Below, in pieces: positions 50,037-62,099 of a DNA stretch of 64,000 nt. Made by a program: the position numbers and the translations under genes. Numbering within the stretch: position 1 is the stretch's first letter; each line of letters begins with the position of its first letter. Source of the DNA: Curvularia clavata (taxonomy: Eukaryota); the NCBI GenBank assembly GCA_023920165.1, contig CP089279.1:1736001-1800000 (forward strand), written 5' to 3'. Under the pieces are notes generated by a model, which saw only the letters and a program-made list of their open reading frames with translations, ran no database searches and had not been told where the DNA came from.

Positions 50037-50870
50037 CTATGTTGCTCCGGGAACATCCCAGACCGCTGCAAAAGGATCATCATCCCATCGAACTACCCTG
50101 TTATATTCGAGTGAGAGACTCGTAAATGTGGCCATCTCCTCCCCATATACCCTTGACACGAATGCATACATGGCATCTATACCTGCCGACACGCCGCTGC
50201 TCGTGAAGACATTACCATCCTCGACCCAGCGAGCAGTAGGTACCCATGTGATGTTCTGACCGTGCGACGTAGCGAATGCCCAGCTCCGCTTGTTGGTAGT
50301 TGCACGGCGACCGGAGAGCACGCCTGCGCGCGACAGCAGTGTAGCGCCTGTGCAGATGGAGATGATGTATTTGAGGTTGGGGTAAGTGGCGGCAACAAAA
50401 GCGATTTCCTCGCTCACATCGCGCCTTGTGCCACCGCCACCAGGTATGATGAGCACATCAATGGGCGGCTTGTTCGCGGTACGGCCATCGGTGGTAGTGG
50501 CGTTGCAGCCCCTTTGGATTGCGTTGTTATCTAGAGGATACTCGCACAGATATTGTTTGAATGTTGTAGTGGGCACGATTTCTTGTCCAAATCCCCCTGG
50601 CATCATGGCAGAAGTTACTGGATCCATGTTCCGGCTGAGCACAGAGAGAGCGGGTGTTGTCGTCGCGTTGCTCGTCATGAAAATTGTATTTAGTATGTCC
50701 ATAGGGCCAAAAATGTCGAGTGCTTGGTAGTGCGAGAATAGAACGAGACCATAGTGGGCTGGGAGTATTGTTGTGTTTGTTATAGGCGGTTGAGTGGGAG
50801 AGCTCCAGCATGGAGTGAGGAAGAGAATGCATGTAACTGCATTGAAGCAACTTGAATAGTGGTAGCGCAT
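50037..50870 (-). CDS. DJ-1/PfpI (class I glutamine amidotransferase-like) protein with probable signal peptide
   Basis: QALDIFGP, DVLIIPGGGGTR, nucleophile SICTGA, GRRATTNK and RWVEDGNVFTSSGVSAGID. Hydrophobic N-terminus ...AVTCILFLTPCWS-SP. Confidence 0.9.
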   Translation of the reverse strand: MRYHYSSCFNAVTCILFLTPCWSSPTQPPITNTTILPAHYGLVLFSHYQALDIFGPMDILNTIFMTSNATTTPALSVLSRNMDPVTSAMMPGGFGQEIVPTTTFKQYLCEYPLDNNAIQRGCNATTTDGRTANKPPIDVLIIPGGGGTRRDVSEEIAFVAATYPNLKYIISICTGATLLSRAGVLSGRRATTNKRSWAFATSHGQNITWVPTARWVEDGNVFTSSGVSAGIDAMYAFVSRVYGEEMATFTSLSLEYNRVVRWDDDPFAAVWDVPGAT

Positions 50871-52017
50871 TTTGAATAAGGTTCAGATAAAGGGGCCGTA
50901 TCAGATCACTGTATGCTCATCTCAAGGAAATTTTGGATTTGCTAGAATGATTGAAGCTGAACGCTATTACTCTTATACCCAAAATGAGAACATCGTCCCT
51001 ATACCGTTTTGCTCAACTAGTTACGAAGTAATCTAATCCAGGCGATGCATGATTCGTTGTTGCACAGCATCATCGATAGGGTTGAGAAGGTTTGAGGGAG
51101 TTGAAGCGGAAGGCCTTTCCAAGACTCCGATTAGAGAGAGCATGCATCGAACGCATCAATGAACCGTCTATTCGTAGTTTAGCCTGGGTTTCCGCCTCCT
51201 CAATTGGGCTATGTAGCTGAGTAAGATTTGAATAATAGATTGTTAACGAGGGAGGTGCAGAATCTCGAAGAAATTAACATAGATTGCTGGCATGTGTGGC
51301 TTGCACCCTCAGCCTTAACCCAAACTAGAAAGGAGATTGTCATCACCAGCAAAGAGAAGTGTTGTAGCAAAAGTTTGTTTCACGTTGTTATGTGGCCGCT
51401 TGCATATGGATGCACATGTTGGTCTCTAGAGACACTTGTCGTCCGCCATGGAAACTAAGAGTGACAGTCAAACATAAAGGCATGCGCTTTCAGGACAACC
51501 CACTCTCTGTTTGACACATGGAAGATGCAGTTCTCTCATACTCATGCACCCACCAGACACTGTAAATGAAGTCTTGCACTCCGGTGGCCGACTTGAGCTG
51601 GGTCAGTTTGAATGAGGTGATTCTCCAATAGGAGGGCTTTGGGTGTCTCAAAGGTTGAAGCTGCTGTTACACAGAGCATACAGATGTATACGCAGTGTCT
51701 AGGAAAAGGAGATGGGGACGAGCCAATAGAACAGCATTGAATTCGGATTACCGTGAAGTGCACGTGAGGCGTGGTTGGGCGCGCCAAGGCCGAGGGCGGG
51801 TTCCTGCCTATGACGCAGTCCAGGCGCGCATGATCCCGGCCTGAAATCTTGCATCGTCCAAACTGTATTCCGTCAGTCGACAACTAAATCCCATCTCTGC
51901 GTCTCTTTCGTCAGGCTCGATGCAGGTCAAGGCTTTCTGGATATTCTCTACCCGCACGAGGTAGCATAGACGCGCAAGCACGCACATACACACACGCGCA
52001 CACACAAGCAGCCCACG

Positions 52018-53824
52018 ATGCCTTCGAGACGGCCGGCGATCGAGGCGCGAAGGTCGACGCTTCATTACGAGACGTTTCCTACAATCCCCCCAAGAACGCG
52101 CGGCCGACCTCCCTCAACTTCGCCGTCCCGCCGAAACGGCGACGACTCGCAGGATGGCCACGAATCTCGTGAGTCGCCCTTGCCGACTAAACAGCTCATT
52201 GTGCTGGCTGTCATTGCTCTGGCCGAGCAAACAGCTCTCAACTCAATCAGTCCATACCTACCAGAGATGACGGCTTCGTTCCCCGAAGTCAAGCAAGGGC
52301 AGGGAGGCCTGTATGTTGGTCTCATCGCGTCGTCGTTCGCGTTGGCACAATTTACAACAAACTTCTTTTGGGGCTGGCTGTCGGATAAGATTGGACGCAA
52401 GCCTGTCATCATCATGGGCACCTTCATGACCATGTGCTGTTTTCTTGCTTTTGGTTTTTGCACAAAGCTGTGGCATGCCATTCTCGTACAGGCACTCATG
52501 GGCTTCGTCAACGGCAACTCGGGCGTTGTGTCGACATGCCTGGGTGAAATTACCGATCGAAGTAATCAGTCACGCGCGTTTACCTATCTACCTGTCGTCT
52601 ATGGCGTCGGAGGTATCACCGGGCCCATTGTGGGAGGGTTGCTAGTCCTCTACAAGAACCCCTTCTCTAGCAAAGAGAACAACCCGTATCCTTACCTTCT
52701 ACCAAACCTCTTTTCCGCACTTGTTCTGGCCATCGATCTGGTCGTGTGCATGATATTTTTGGAAGAGAGCTTAGAGGAAGTTAAGAACCTCCCTCCGTTG
52801 GGAAAGAGATTGGGCAACTTGTTCTCTTGGATATGGCAGTTTACGAGCTCGACACGACCGACTTACGTCCGCCGCCTCCTTGGCAACCAAAAGAAGCACC
52901 ATTCGCCCCATGTGCAGGATATGGACGAGGATGAGGTTGAAGAGGATGTCGATGACGACGAATTGTCAGACGTCTCTGGCGAATCAGCACCCGCGCTCTT
53001 TCCCCAGACCAATGCCGAGGAGCTTACGCGGAAAGAGATCTTGAACCGAGACACTGTTCTACTTCTCGTAACCTACTTCATCTTTCAACTAGCCAACATC
53101 TCTTACAACTCGTTGTATCCCATCTTTGCTGAGGAGCAACCTCCGACCGGACGTGGGCTGAAGCCAGAGGCGGTTGGCCTATCGCTGTCCTTCGCAGGCG
53201 CCATTACTATACTATTCCAGGTGGGTATCTTTGGTCGATTACGGGGCAAGTTGGGCAACAAGATGGCATACAGGGTCAGCTTAGGCTTGTTCATTGCTGC
53301 CTTTGGGCTCATGCCGTGGGTTGGCTACAAAGACAGCAATCCATACAGAGGAATTGGCACTGGGGCGGGGTGGTTGTGGTTCGAGCTTGGTGTGATCTTG
53401 GTCATCAAGACGGTGGCAGGTGTGGGCGGCTTAACAGCTGCGCTTCTCATGGTAAGCCACTCTGGTCGAGGCCTGTGCTCTTTTCCAAGATATTAATAAC
53501 GTGCAGATCACTAATTCAGCACCCAACCATAACGTTCTTGGAACTCTTAATGGGCTTGCCCAAACACTGTCTGCGGCCGGACGTGCGGCCGGACCTTTTA
53601 TTTCAGGTTCGCTCTTCACTGCTGCCACAAAGCTGAAACACAAAGGAGAGGTTTTGCCTTTTGGTATCTTTGCTGGCATCGCGCTCATCGGCTTTGTGCT
53701 GAGTTTTGGTATCCGCGGTGAAAGTTTGGAAGCCGAAGGATGGAGCGACGACGAGAGCGAAGAAGATGAAGAAGAGGAGGTTGGTGAGGAAGTGAATGAG
53801 CGCACCGGCCTAGTACGAAAATGA
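52018..53824 (+). CDS. Major facilitator superfamily transporter (ZIF-like/YCR023C-type)
   Basis: Exons 52018-53451 and 53507-53824. SPLPTKQL, MFS motif A WGWLSDKIGRKPV, GEITDRSNQSRAF and LGTLNGLAQT; about 12 TM segments. Confidence 0.92.
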
Positions 53825-55339
53825 AGGAGTCACTGAGGTGTTGTGTGAGTGTATAACATGGCATATTTGCATGGCTATGGCAGTTTTCAGAAGCACACGA
53901 CCAGCACGGCGTTTTTTTTTTCGTTTTTTTTCGGGAGGCAATTCAAATACAAGTAGAAAGGGTACAGGAGACGGGAATTTTGAGCTATAGCTCGATTCAA
54001 TGCCAACCATCACAATGAAGTTCTGACATGAGGCTTGCATATGGTATACGTAGCTGAGCAATGGCTGAGGCCCAGACACCAGTCTGTGGTAACACAGAAA
54101 GTAGATGGAATTTGGAAGTAAAGGGGCTTAGTCAGAAGAAGATGACACCGAGAAAGCCGCATCGTGGAGGCGTACATGGACTCTGCAGCTAGCGGTCCCA
54201 CAGGGCTGGATGCTAGTAATAATGGCCCGTCGATTCGCCCAAGGGCTTTTGCGATGCAGCTCCGCCACACCGGCCTCTGCCTATGACTCGGGCACACCTG
54301 GTCAAAGGCGAAGCAGTAGAGAGCGACGGGCAAATGGACCAAGATATACCAAAGTGGTATGAGGAAGAGGGTGGCAATTTGGCAAAGGAGAGTGGGTAGG
54401 GGGAGCTGCAAGGGGGCGTGGCACACAGGTGCTATGTAATTGCGATGTGCACCAGTAGCCAAAGGGGCCCTGCAGTAGAGCTGAGAAAGACGGAAGCGGG
54501 CGGCGGCCTAGCCCCCGTCGCCAACGCATACATGGCTGTGAGAGTCGCCACTGGCTTTGGACACAGCATACGCGCACGAAAAGAGGCGGCCTTTATTTTT
54601 GGTCTGCACTCTTGTCCGGTGCTGCAGTAGGCCAGCAGCGAGGCTGGGTGGCGGGTGCCGGCTCTGCGTCTAACCTGCTTTGCTGACGGCCGGCAGACGG
54701 GGCTTCATCGGACAGCGCTGACTCTGCGACAGAGATCCGCTCCGTTGCAATTCGATACGGTGCCGCGCCAAGACCCCGTCACGTGTCCTTCCCATTGGAC
54801 TTGGCCTCTTGCTCAACCTCCCGACTCCCCTTTCATCGTCTACGAATGCTTCGACCAGGCCCCATCGCTGCAGTCAGCATTTGCGCTGGCCCCCGACTGC
54901 CATGGCCCCCCCACCCTGGCCGACTTGGGTCTCTGCATACGACCGGCTAGGGGTTCCCAAACCAGCACGGCCGTGCGACGAGCCACCATGCGGTGCCATT
55001 GGCACCGTTTCGTCCTGAGCTGGAGACGCGAGGGCCACAGCCGTAGTGCTGAGCCTAGGTCCATGGCCTAACATAGGACCTGCGCTACCTGCCTTTGGCC
55101 ATAGGGCCAGGACTCCCGTGTGGAGTAATCACGAAAAATGAGTGACATATTCAAATAAGAATCGTGGCAGCGCGTCTTGAACCTAGTGCCCACCCCCCCA
55201 TCTCGCGCTGGCAGCCTCGTGCGACGTCTTGTTCTGCTCTCTCCCATATCTGATCCTCCGCATCCCTCTATTCCTTGGTCTGTTCCACTGAGCATCTCGT
55301 TGTTACGCCTGCTCTAGTGTGCGTTGTTGTCCTGTGAAG

Positions 55340-57525
55340 ATGGGTTGGAGTTTCCACGGCCACAAACGCGATGTCGACGCCGAAAAGCACTTGAAACGCC
55401 TGCACAAAACCACGCCCTTTATTGAAAGCCCCCTCGTCGGTGCTGATCATGAGAATCTTGTCTTCTCCCAACGGCACGAGGCCAATAGCGTCGAACTCTT
55501 CTTCGACCTGTTTTTTGTCGCCAACTTGGCAACCTTCACAGCCTACCACTCCATCACCGACGTAGACTACCTCTTGGGATACATTGGCTTCTTTGGAATC
55601 CTGTGGTCTTGTTGGTTTCAGATCACCCTTCATGATGTTCGCTTTGCTCGAGACTCACTCTATGAGCGTGCATGCAAAACTGTCCAGTTTATTGCCTTTG
55701 TCGGCTTGGCCTTGGTGGGCAGCCAATTCAACCCTGCAAACTCAAAGGGCCCCCGCAACAACACGGTGAGTATTGACTCTACCAATATTCTAGTGCTCAT
55801 ATGTTGACAAATCCAGAACTTTCGTATCTTGTGTTATACACTCGTCATCAGCCGTGGCCTTTTGGCCATCCAATACCTGGTCGTCTTGTTCTTTACCTGG
55901 AGGGCAAAATATTCCAAAATCTATCTCCCACTCATTCTCATGTTTATCATCTACGCGCTCAGCATGGGCGCTTTTGCTGGTATGACTCCTGCTTTTCGCG
56001 AGGGTAATCAGAGTCGGCGGCACATCTACCTTGTTTGGTATATCGTCATGATTTTCGAAGCCGTCACTGTCATTGCAATCTCATGCTTCTGGCGTATGCT
56101 CAGCTTTAAAAAAACTCATTTGATGGAGCGAATGAGCTTGCTCACCATCATCGTCATTGGCGAGGGCGCCATCGGTGTCACCAAAACTGTATCCAGGATC
56201 ATGGGAAAGCATGGGCTTGATGTTGAAGGCTGCTTTCTCATCATGTGCATCATTGTCGTCCTGGTACTAGTGTGGGCGCTGTAAGTATTTCCTGTTTGCA
56301 ACGTGCAGTCGCCTGGCTAATAATACCCATCAGGTACTTTGACAACTTCCCGCATGGTCACTACGGCACCATCAGGCAACAAATCTGGAGTCTTTTGCAT
56401 TTCCCACTCCAAATCGCAATTGTTGGTGTAGTCGAAGGGTCTCAACAACTTGCACTAGCTCGTTACATAATCAACAACACAAACAAGGCCTCTAACAAGA
56501 TCACAGAGTATTGTCAACTAGAGAACCTGAACGGTCTAAAGCTACAGGAAAAGCTCGAGGACCTACTGGATTACTACGGACTTGACAGTAAACTTGAGAC
56601 CAGAAGTTTCTTCTACGAAGCGCAGTCGGCCATTTGGGAAATCGGAAACTCGACAAACATTTGCTCAATCGACAACGCTCAAGGCTACACCTTTGGCGAC
56701 GAAGACAAGGACAGTACTTGGCCCCAAGCTTTCAAGGACCTCTCCTATGCTATCAGCAACGGCATGTATACTGGCCTCGGTATGAAGCTGCCCGTGGACA
56801 AACTCGAGAAACACAGTCCGCTTGAAGTCGGCCTCCATGCCTGGAAACTCGTTTACCTGTACTTTTGGAGCTCCTTCTGTCTCCTTACCATCTGCCTAGT
56901 CATTTTCCTCTTCCTGATCAGACGCCACAAACCCGACCTCTTCGATTACACTTCCGTCATCTCACGTATGTGTGCCTTTTTTGTTGGCGCCTCCATGTTG
57001 GCGCTCATGGCCGACGACGTCAAGATTTACGCCGCAATCGAATCACCCGCCATTCTGCCAGTCTGTGTCGTGCTTCTCTTCCTTGTCCTGGTAATCGATA
57101 AGCTGAGCTGTATGTGGTGTAATAAACAAATCAAGAAAAGCGGAAAGCCTTATGCGCTTGAGGTCGACGACCATCATGGCCACGGCCATGGCCATGGCCA
57201 TGATCACAATCACGGTGGACACACCACTGTGCATGCAACCGGCGCCATTTACGACAATGTGCCGCAAGATACGCCTTCGGCGGCTCAACATGAGATGCAC
57301 AACGCGTCGCGGTGGAGTTTACACCCAGAGGATATGAAGCCCCTTACGGCCTATACATCAGCCTACAGCGCGTCCCATCACAGCATCGCCATGGAATCAC
57401 TGCGCAGTACGCCAGGAACGTCTCCACCAATGCTTAGTCCTGAGCCAGTGACTCACCAAGAATACCCAGTTGTCACGACTTCTGGATATGCTCCTGTGAG
57501 CACAGTACCAAGGCATGACGCTTGA
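55340..57525 (+). CDS. LtrA (low temperature requirement A)-family polytopic membrane protein with His-rich tail
   Basis: Exons 55340-55765, 55817-56280 and 56334-57525. Motifs ELFFDLFFVANL, DVRFARDS and HLMERMSLLTIIVIGEG. Confidence 0.82.
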
Positions 57526-58760
57526 ACTTTCCTAGACAGCACGTCGGCTTCTGCCGCTTTTGCATATTCTCCTTTGGTTTTGACACTTTTGATCGTTTGG
57601 CAAGCGTGGAGTTATTTGGAAACATGATATCCAGCACGTTAGTCGCGCAAAAATAGAGACTACCAGCGACAGCATGATGTTGAACCTGGGTTTCCTTTCT
57701 CTTGCCGTCTCTAGAGTTATTCTGAGTCTCTGAATTGCTGGGCAGCAATAGTATATGCACATTCTCTTCATTGGCTAGATTATTGCAAGGCGCCTACTTG
57801 ATGGCTGTGGTAACGATAAGGATATAGATGCACATGCTAGCTCATATTAGAAATATACCCCTTTCCTGGTGAGATTCAGTTTATACTTTTCGTGGAAAAG
57901 AAGACCCAGCCTCACTGTGACGCACCAAGACTCCACAGTTATCTTAGACAACCAGATTTACTCGTGGCGTCTATGATATAGTCGTCATGTATCATCTCGT
58001 GTTAGTATAGCGGTTGTTCAGCCCGAGCAGAGATACATTTCATCTTCTGTAATAGGACTGAACTGGACGCGTGTTCTTTGTAGCTTCTTGATTGGAGTAG
58101 AGAAGTGACCTAGGACCACCTTTTCATGGCAGTTCATTATTGCGAAGGGGTATTATGCTGTGAACTCTTGGGAGTACATTGCTTTGCAGCCTCTATACAA
58201 CCGGGAAGGTTGTTTCATGATTCGTGACCGTGCACATCCACAAGTAGTAAGTTCATTGTCACTCAGCGGTTGGTGGTTCAAAGAAGTAATATGATGCCAC
58301 AACAGTATTCGTTAAGCATTAATTTAGTAACGTAAGCTCGTACTTATGACCTTTATACCCTCCCTTCAGAAAGGCTGATCATTGATACTACGTGCCAAAG
58401 TACACAGCGGTATTGATGGCCGATTTGGTCGTCTATCCTCGGCCTATCATAGAATGTCAGATCGTTTATAGAGGCCCAGCCATTCGAACTTGGTGATATG
58501 AAGATGGGTATCAGGGATTGATGCATAGGAAAGTTTCTCATTGCCAATCTAATCTTCTAGCTGGCCTTTTCTAAAATCGGGGCCTTGAATAGTGTTGTAG
58601 GCAGCATCGAAATTTACACAACTATAGATGGTTCATATGTAGAGTAGACTAGCGCCAGCATATTAGAAGCGTGTAGCAGCAGCCTCGTATTGTAAATACA
58701 CACAAATCAATAACGCTACTCTTACGATAGCGACAAGAAGAGGAAAAGAGCGTAAAAAGA

Positions 58761-58850
58761 AGAGGGGATCCCAGAAGAGAGGAGTGAGGGGGTTTCCAAC
58801 TAGGGCAACTGTTGCCCTCCCCAAACTCCCCCTCTCCCCTCTTCCTTTCT
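58761..58850. repeat. Imperfect hairpin centred on AGGGCAAC-T-GTTGCCCT (copy 1)
   Basis: Perfect 8-bp arms at 58802-58818. The purine-rich left flank (GAGGGGGTTT) is complementary to the pyrimidine-rich right flank (AAACTCCCCCTC). Confidence 0.7.
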
Positions 58851-59253
58851 GTAGACTTGGTCTAACAAATACTATTCTTATATGTAGAGCTCTTGTTATG
58901 TTTAGACAACATAATACAAGCAGTTATAACAATAAATACATAAGTAAAATATTGTCATTATAATATAATACGTTTAACGTATTATAAGGAGCTACGCTTA
59001 AACTACACTATTCTTCTACGAGCCCTCTATTAGTGACTTGAATATCTGGCGGCAAGTGTCTCCGGCACAGTGACACCCAGCACAGTGACACTGGCAGGTA
59101 ATGGCAGCCGTACATGATAGGCCCTGCGTCGAGCTTAAGCCGATTTGATGCTATAGAAGTCTACGTAGCTACACCAATGCCCAGACAAAGTTTTAGGCAC
59201 AACAGGCTGTAGAAATGCTACCTAGTGATACGAGAGCATCTGCTTGCGACTAC

Positions 59254-60692
59254 TTAGATGTTCGGCAATCTATCCAGCATCTTGACAATGTGCTCCTTGA
59301 AGTCTCCTTTGCCCCATTCAATTATCCGCCCTAGACAGTTCACAAACTCTTGCGCATGGTCTCTTCTTGTAGTACGCCAGCTCTGAAGATGGAGCATATG
59401 GAACGCATCTTCGCACTTGAAATGTACCCATAGCTCGTGTGTAGGCCCTTCGGTCACAATGGAGAAACAAAGCGCTAGTGCTGGGGGCAGCTCTACTGGT
59501 GTTGTCAAAGACGATACTTGACAGGTCAGACCTGTCAGGATCTTTAATATACAGGCACCACCAACAGCGGCTTGGTTCTGCGTGTCGGTAAGAGGAGAGT
59601 TTGCCTTCAACTCTGCAATTATGAACGGAAATCGGATACCGCTCTCAGCGGCATAAGGGTCGCTGAGGATTAACTCGCATGCCTGGTACTCGTCGAGTAG
59701 ATTCTGGTGTTTTGTCGTAAATGCCGCGGATGTGAGCGCACAAGTGATATCGGGTTTCGGTGTCTTGACGTAGTACCTGATGGCGAGACACTTGGTAATG
59801 GTTGACACAGATTGTGAAGATGGCGATATCGACTCAGAATAGTCAGGGTCAGTGTCCATGACAAGATTTGGATCGATGCCGGGGGAACCAGCTTTCGCTA
59901 GTCTCTTCTGCAAGATAGCATTTATTGGCTTGAGATGTTGGTTCCAAACTACAATATAGAATTAGCAACGTACTCGACACATTAAGCAGTAAGCTTACCC
60001 TTTTCACACGCGTTGATCTCTAGTGCTTGTCCTAATCGATTATTCATCTGGCACATGACACTGTAAAGGCAGTGTCGCCAGTCACCCTCTAGCGAACATG
60101 TGCTGGCAAGGCGTTCTGACTCTCTGTGGTATTTGTCGGCTACCTCATCGAAAAGGGGCTGCATTCCAATTCCGTTTGGGGCTGGCACTTGGTCTTCCCA
60201 TGACGAAACACCGAGGATCTGTCTTATATACTCATCTATCGCGGGTGGTATTATAACTTTGTTGTCGATGAAGATGCAGGAAGCACGCAAATTTATCTGC
60301 CGATATGTTTCTGGAGTGAGAGTCTTGGTAGCCTTAGGGGTCTGAGTGTCTGAAGTAAGCGTAGATTGTCTTGAACCACGGCGCTCGCGAGCGGATGCGC
60401 CTCGAGGTATACGAGCGAAGGTGCTTGGAGGTGTCGGAGGCATTGTATGATTTTCGTAATTAAGTTCAATGTTGTCTAGCCAGCGTCTGATATAGCCCGA
60501 AGTATACTCAGAGGAATAACGTAGCGTATGCTGGAGGTGTTGTTGGCCAACAACGCACAGTGCTTGTTTGGACGATGTTGATGGCGACGGTGGCTTCCAT
60601 GTTGGTATACACACGCTAAGTGCAGCAGCGCTGCTCCTGGCATGGCGATGACACGCATGCCTAATATCGCTATCGGATGCTCGTCGCTTCAT
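59254..60692 (-). CDS. Hypothetical protein with C-terminal PD-(D/E)xK restriction-endonuclease-like motifs
   Basis: Exons 60692-59999 and 59948-59254 are joined by a 50-nt GTAAGC...GCTAAT...TAG intron (ACEK/VWNQHLKP). Motifs TPKPDITCAL, FPFIIAELKA...QNQAA and FSIVTEGPTHELWVHF. The start codon is uncertain. Confidence 0.75.
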
Positions 60693-61216
60693 CTTGTGGA
60701 GACTCCTTGTTTTGGTAGCTCAGAATGCTGTTATGCGTTGTAGGAGTTAGGCTTGGGCAAATGATAGCTTTGAACTTGACCAGCTAGAAACTCGTTCTGT
60801 AGGTATCTCGCAGCAATATTAGTAGGTGCAATATGGTCGTGGATGGAGCAGGAATCTATGTAGAGCGAGCCAGGGTACTTATGGTACCTGGTTGGATACC
60901 GCCTGCCGTTTCGCGGAATAAGAGTGGAGGACTAGCAATCAAACCATGGGTAAGGAAAGGGCTTCCTTCACGAAATCACCAATACGAAAAGCGCATCTTA
61001 TAACTCTAGACAGCTAGTGGTTCTGTTGCGGGAAAACGTGTATAGGAATAAGTTGGCAGATAGTTCATTAAGTTAGTAGCTACACAAGTTTTGTAATCTA
61101 TTTATTCCATACATCTTCCAGTCACGTGGTCGAGATCACGTGCTTTCAGCGTACAAGAGTAGCTCCAAGATAGGATTCTGCAGTTTCCGAGGCTCCGTGA
61201 GCCTGGCCTCCACAAC

Positions 61217-61764
61217 TTAAGACTGCGGCCTGCTGGCGGTATCTTCTTCTGACATATACAGACGATCAAGTTTTCGGCGGACCTCCGTAAACACATCCAC
61301 GTCGTCCTGGATTCCAGCCTTCTGGATCGTATCCACGAACACAGCTTTGTTGTCGAAGCCCCAGTAGCGAGCTGTCTCATCGGAATATGTGCATTGTTTT
61401 GATGGCACGACCTTGGTCAACTCTTGGAACCTGGGCCTCCCTTGAAATGTGTCATCAGCTGGAGCAGGAGCATCATCCGTGCCGAAGTCGACGGGACCGT
61501 CGAGGTCAATATCTTCTAGACCAGTAATCGGTGCATCGCCCGGGGTCGAAGGAAGTATCAGAGGGCCATCGGAGACCTGTAAGCCAGAACACGTTAGTAA
61601 AGATCCAAGTAGCTAAGATGAAGAAAAGAGGGGGAAGTTGGGACAAGGCAACTGTTGCCCACCTCCAAAAGCCCCTCCTCCCTCTCTCCTCCGTCCCGCT
61701 AAGCCACTGTCGTGGTAGAGACTTTGCCGTTGTCTTTCCACTGATATGCTTTGCCTTTGGACAT
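61217..61764 (-). pseudogene. Possible decayed two-exon gene of unknown function
   Basis: Open 120-codon exon 61576-61217 lies behind a perfect TACTAAC branch point and CAG acceptor. The putative upstream exon 61764-61663 has an in-frame TAG at 61701-61699. Confidence 0.4.
61621..61692. repeat. Imperfect hairpin centred on GGCAAC-T-GTTGCC (copy 2)
   Basis: Core at 61647-61659 with a purine-rich left flank and pyrimidine-rich right flank, similar to 58761-58850. Confidence 0.65.
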
Positions 61765-62099
61765 AGGTTGCGTGGTGTTCTGATCTTACCTCTTCCGTAT
61801 TGGCCATCCTGTATACAAATGTTAGCCTTGATTCCTCTTATATTTGTCAGTGTGAACGAATCCGCGCAACAGTTGTTGTCACGACCATGTACGGTCGTTT
61901 ACTAGTACCATAAGGTTTGGTACAAAGCAGAGCAAACCATACAAGATCGTTTGAAGATGAGAGAGGGGAAGGAGGGCAGTTGCAATAGATTAATATGTTC
62001 GAAGCACTACAGAATTACATACAGATGATAGAAAACAGAGTATAGAGATAGTGATTATGTAAAGGCACTGGTACACTGCAATAGCTTTTAATTGGTGGA

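Noticed and set aside
59065..59091. GCACAGTGACAC twice in tandem, containing the RSS/Transib heptamer CACAGTG
   Set aside because: Direct 12-bp microduplication with no nonamer, no inverted partner and no transposase. Most likely slippage.
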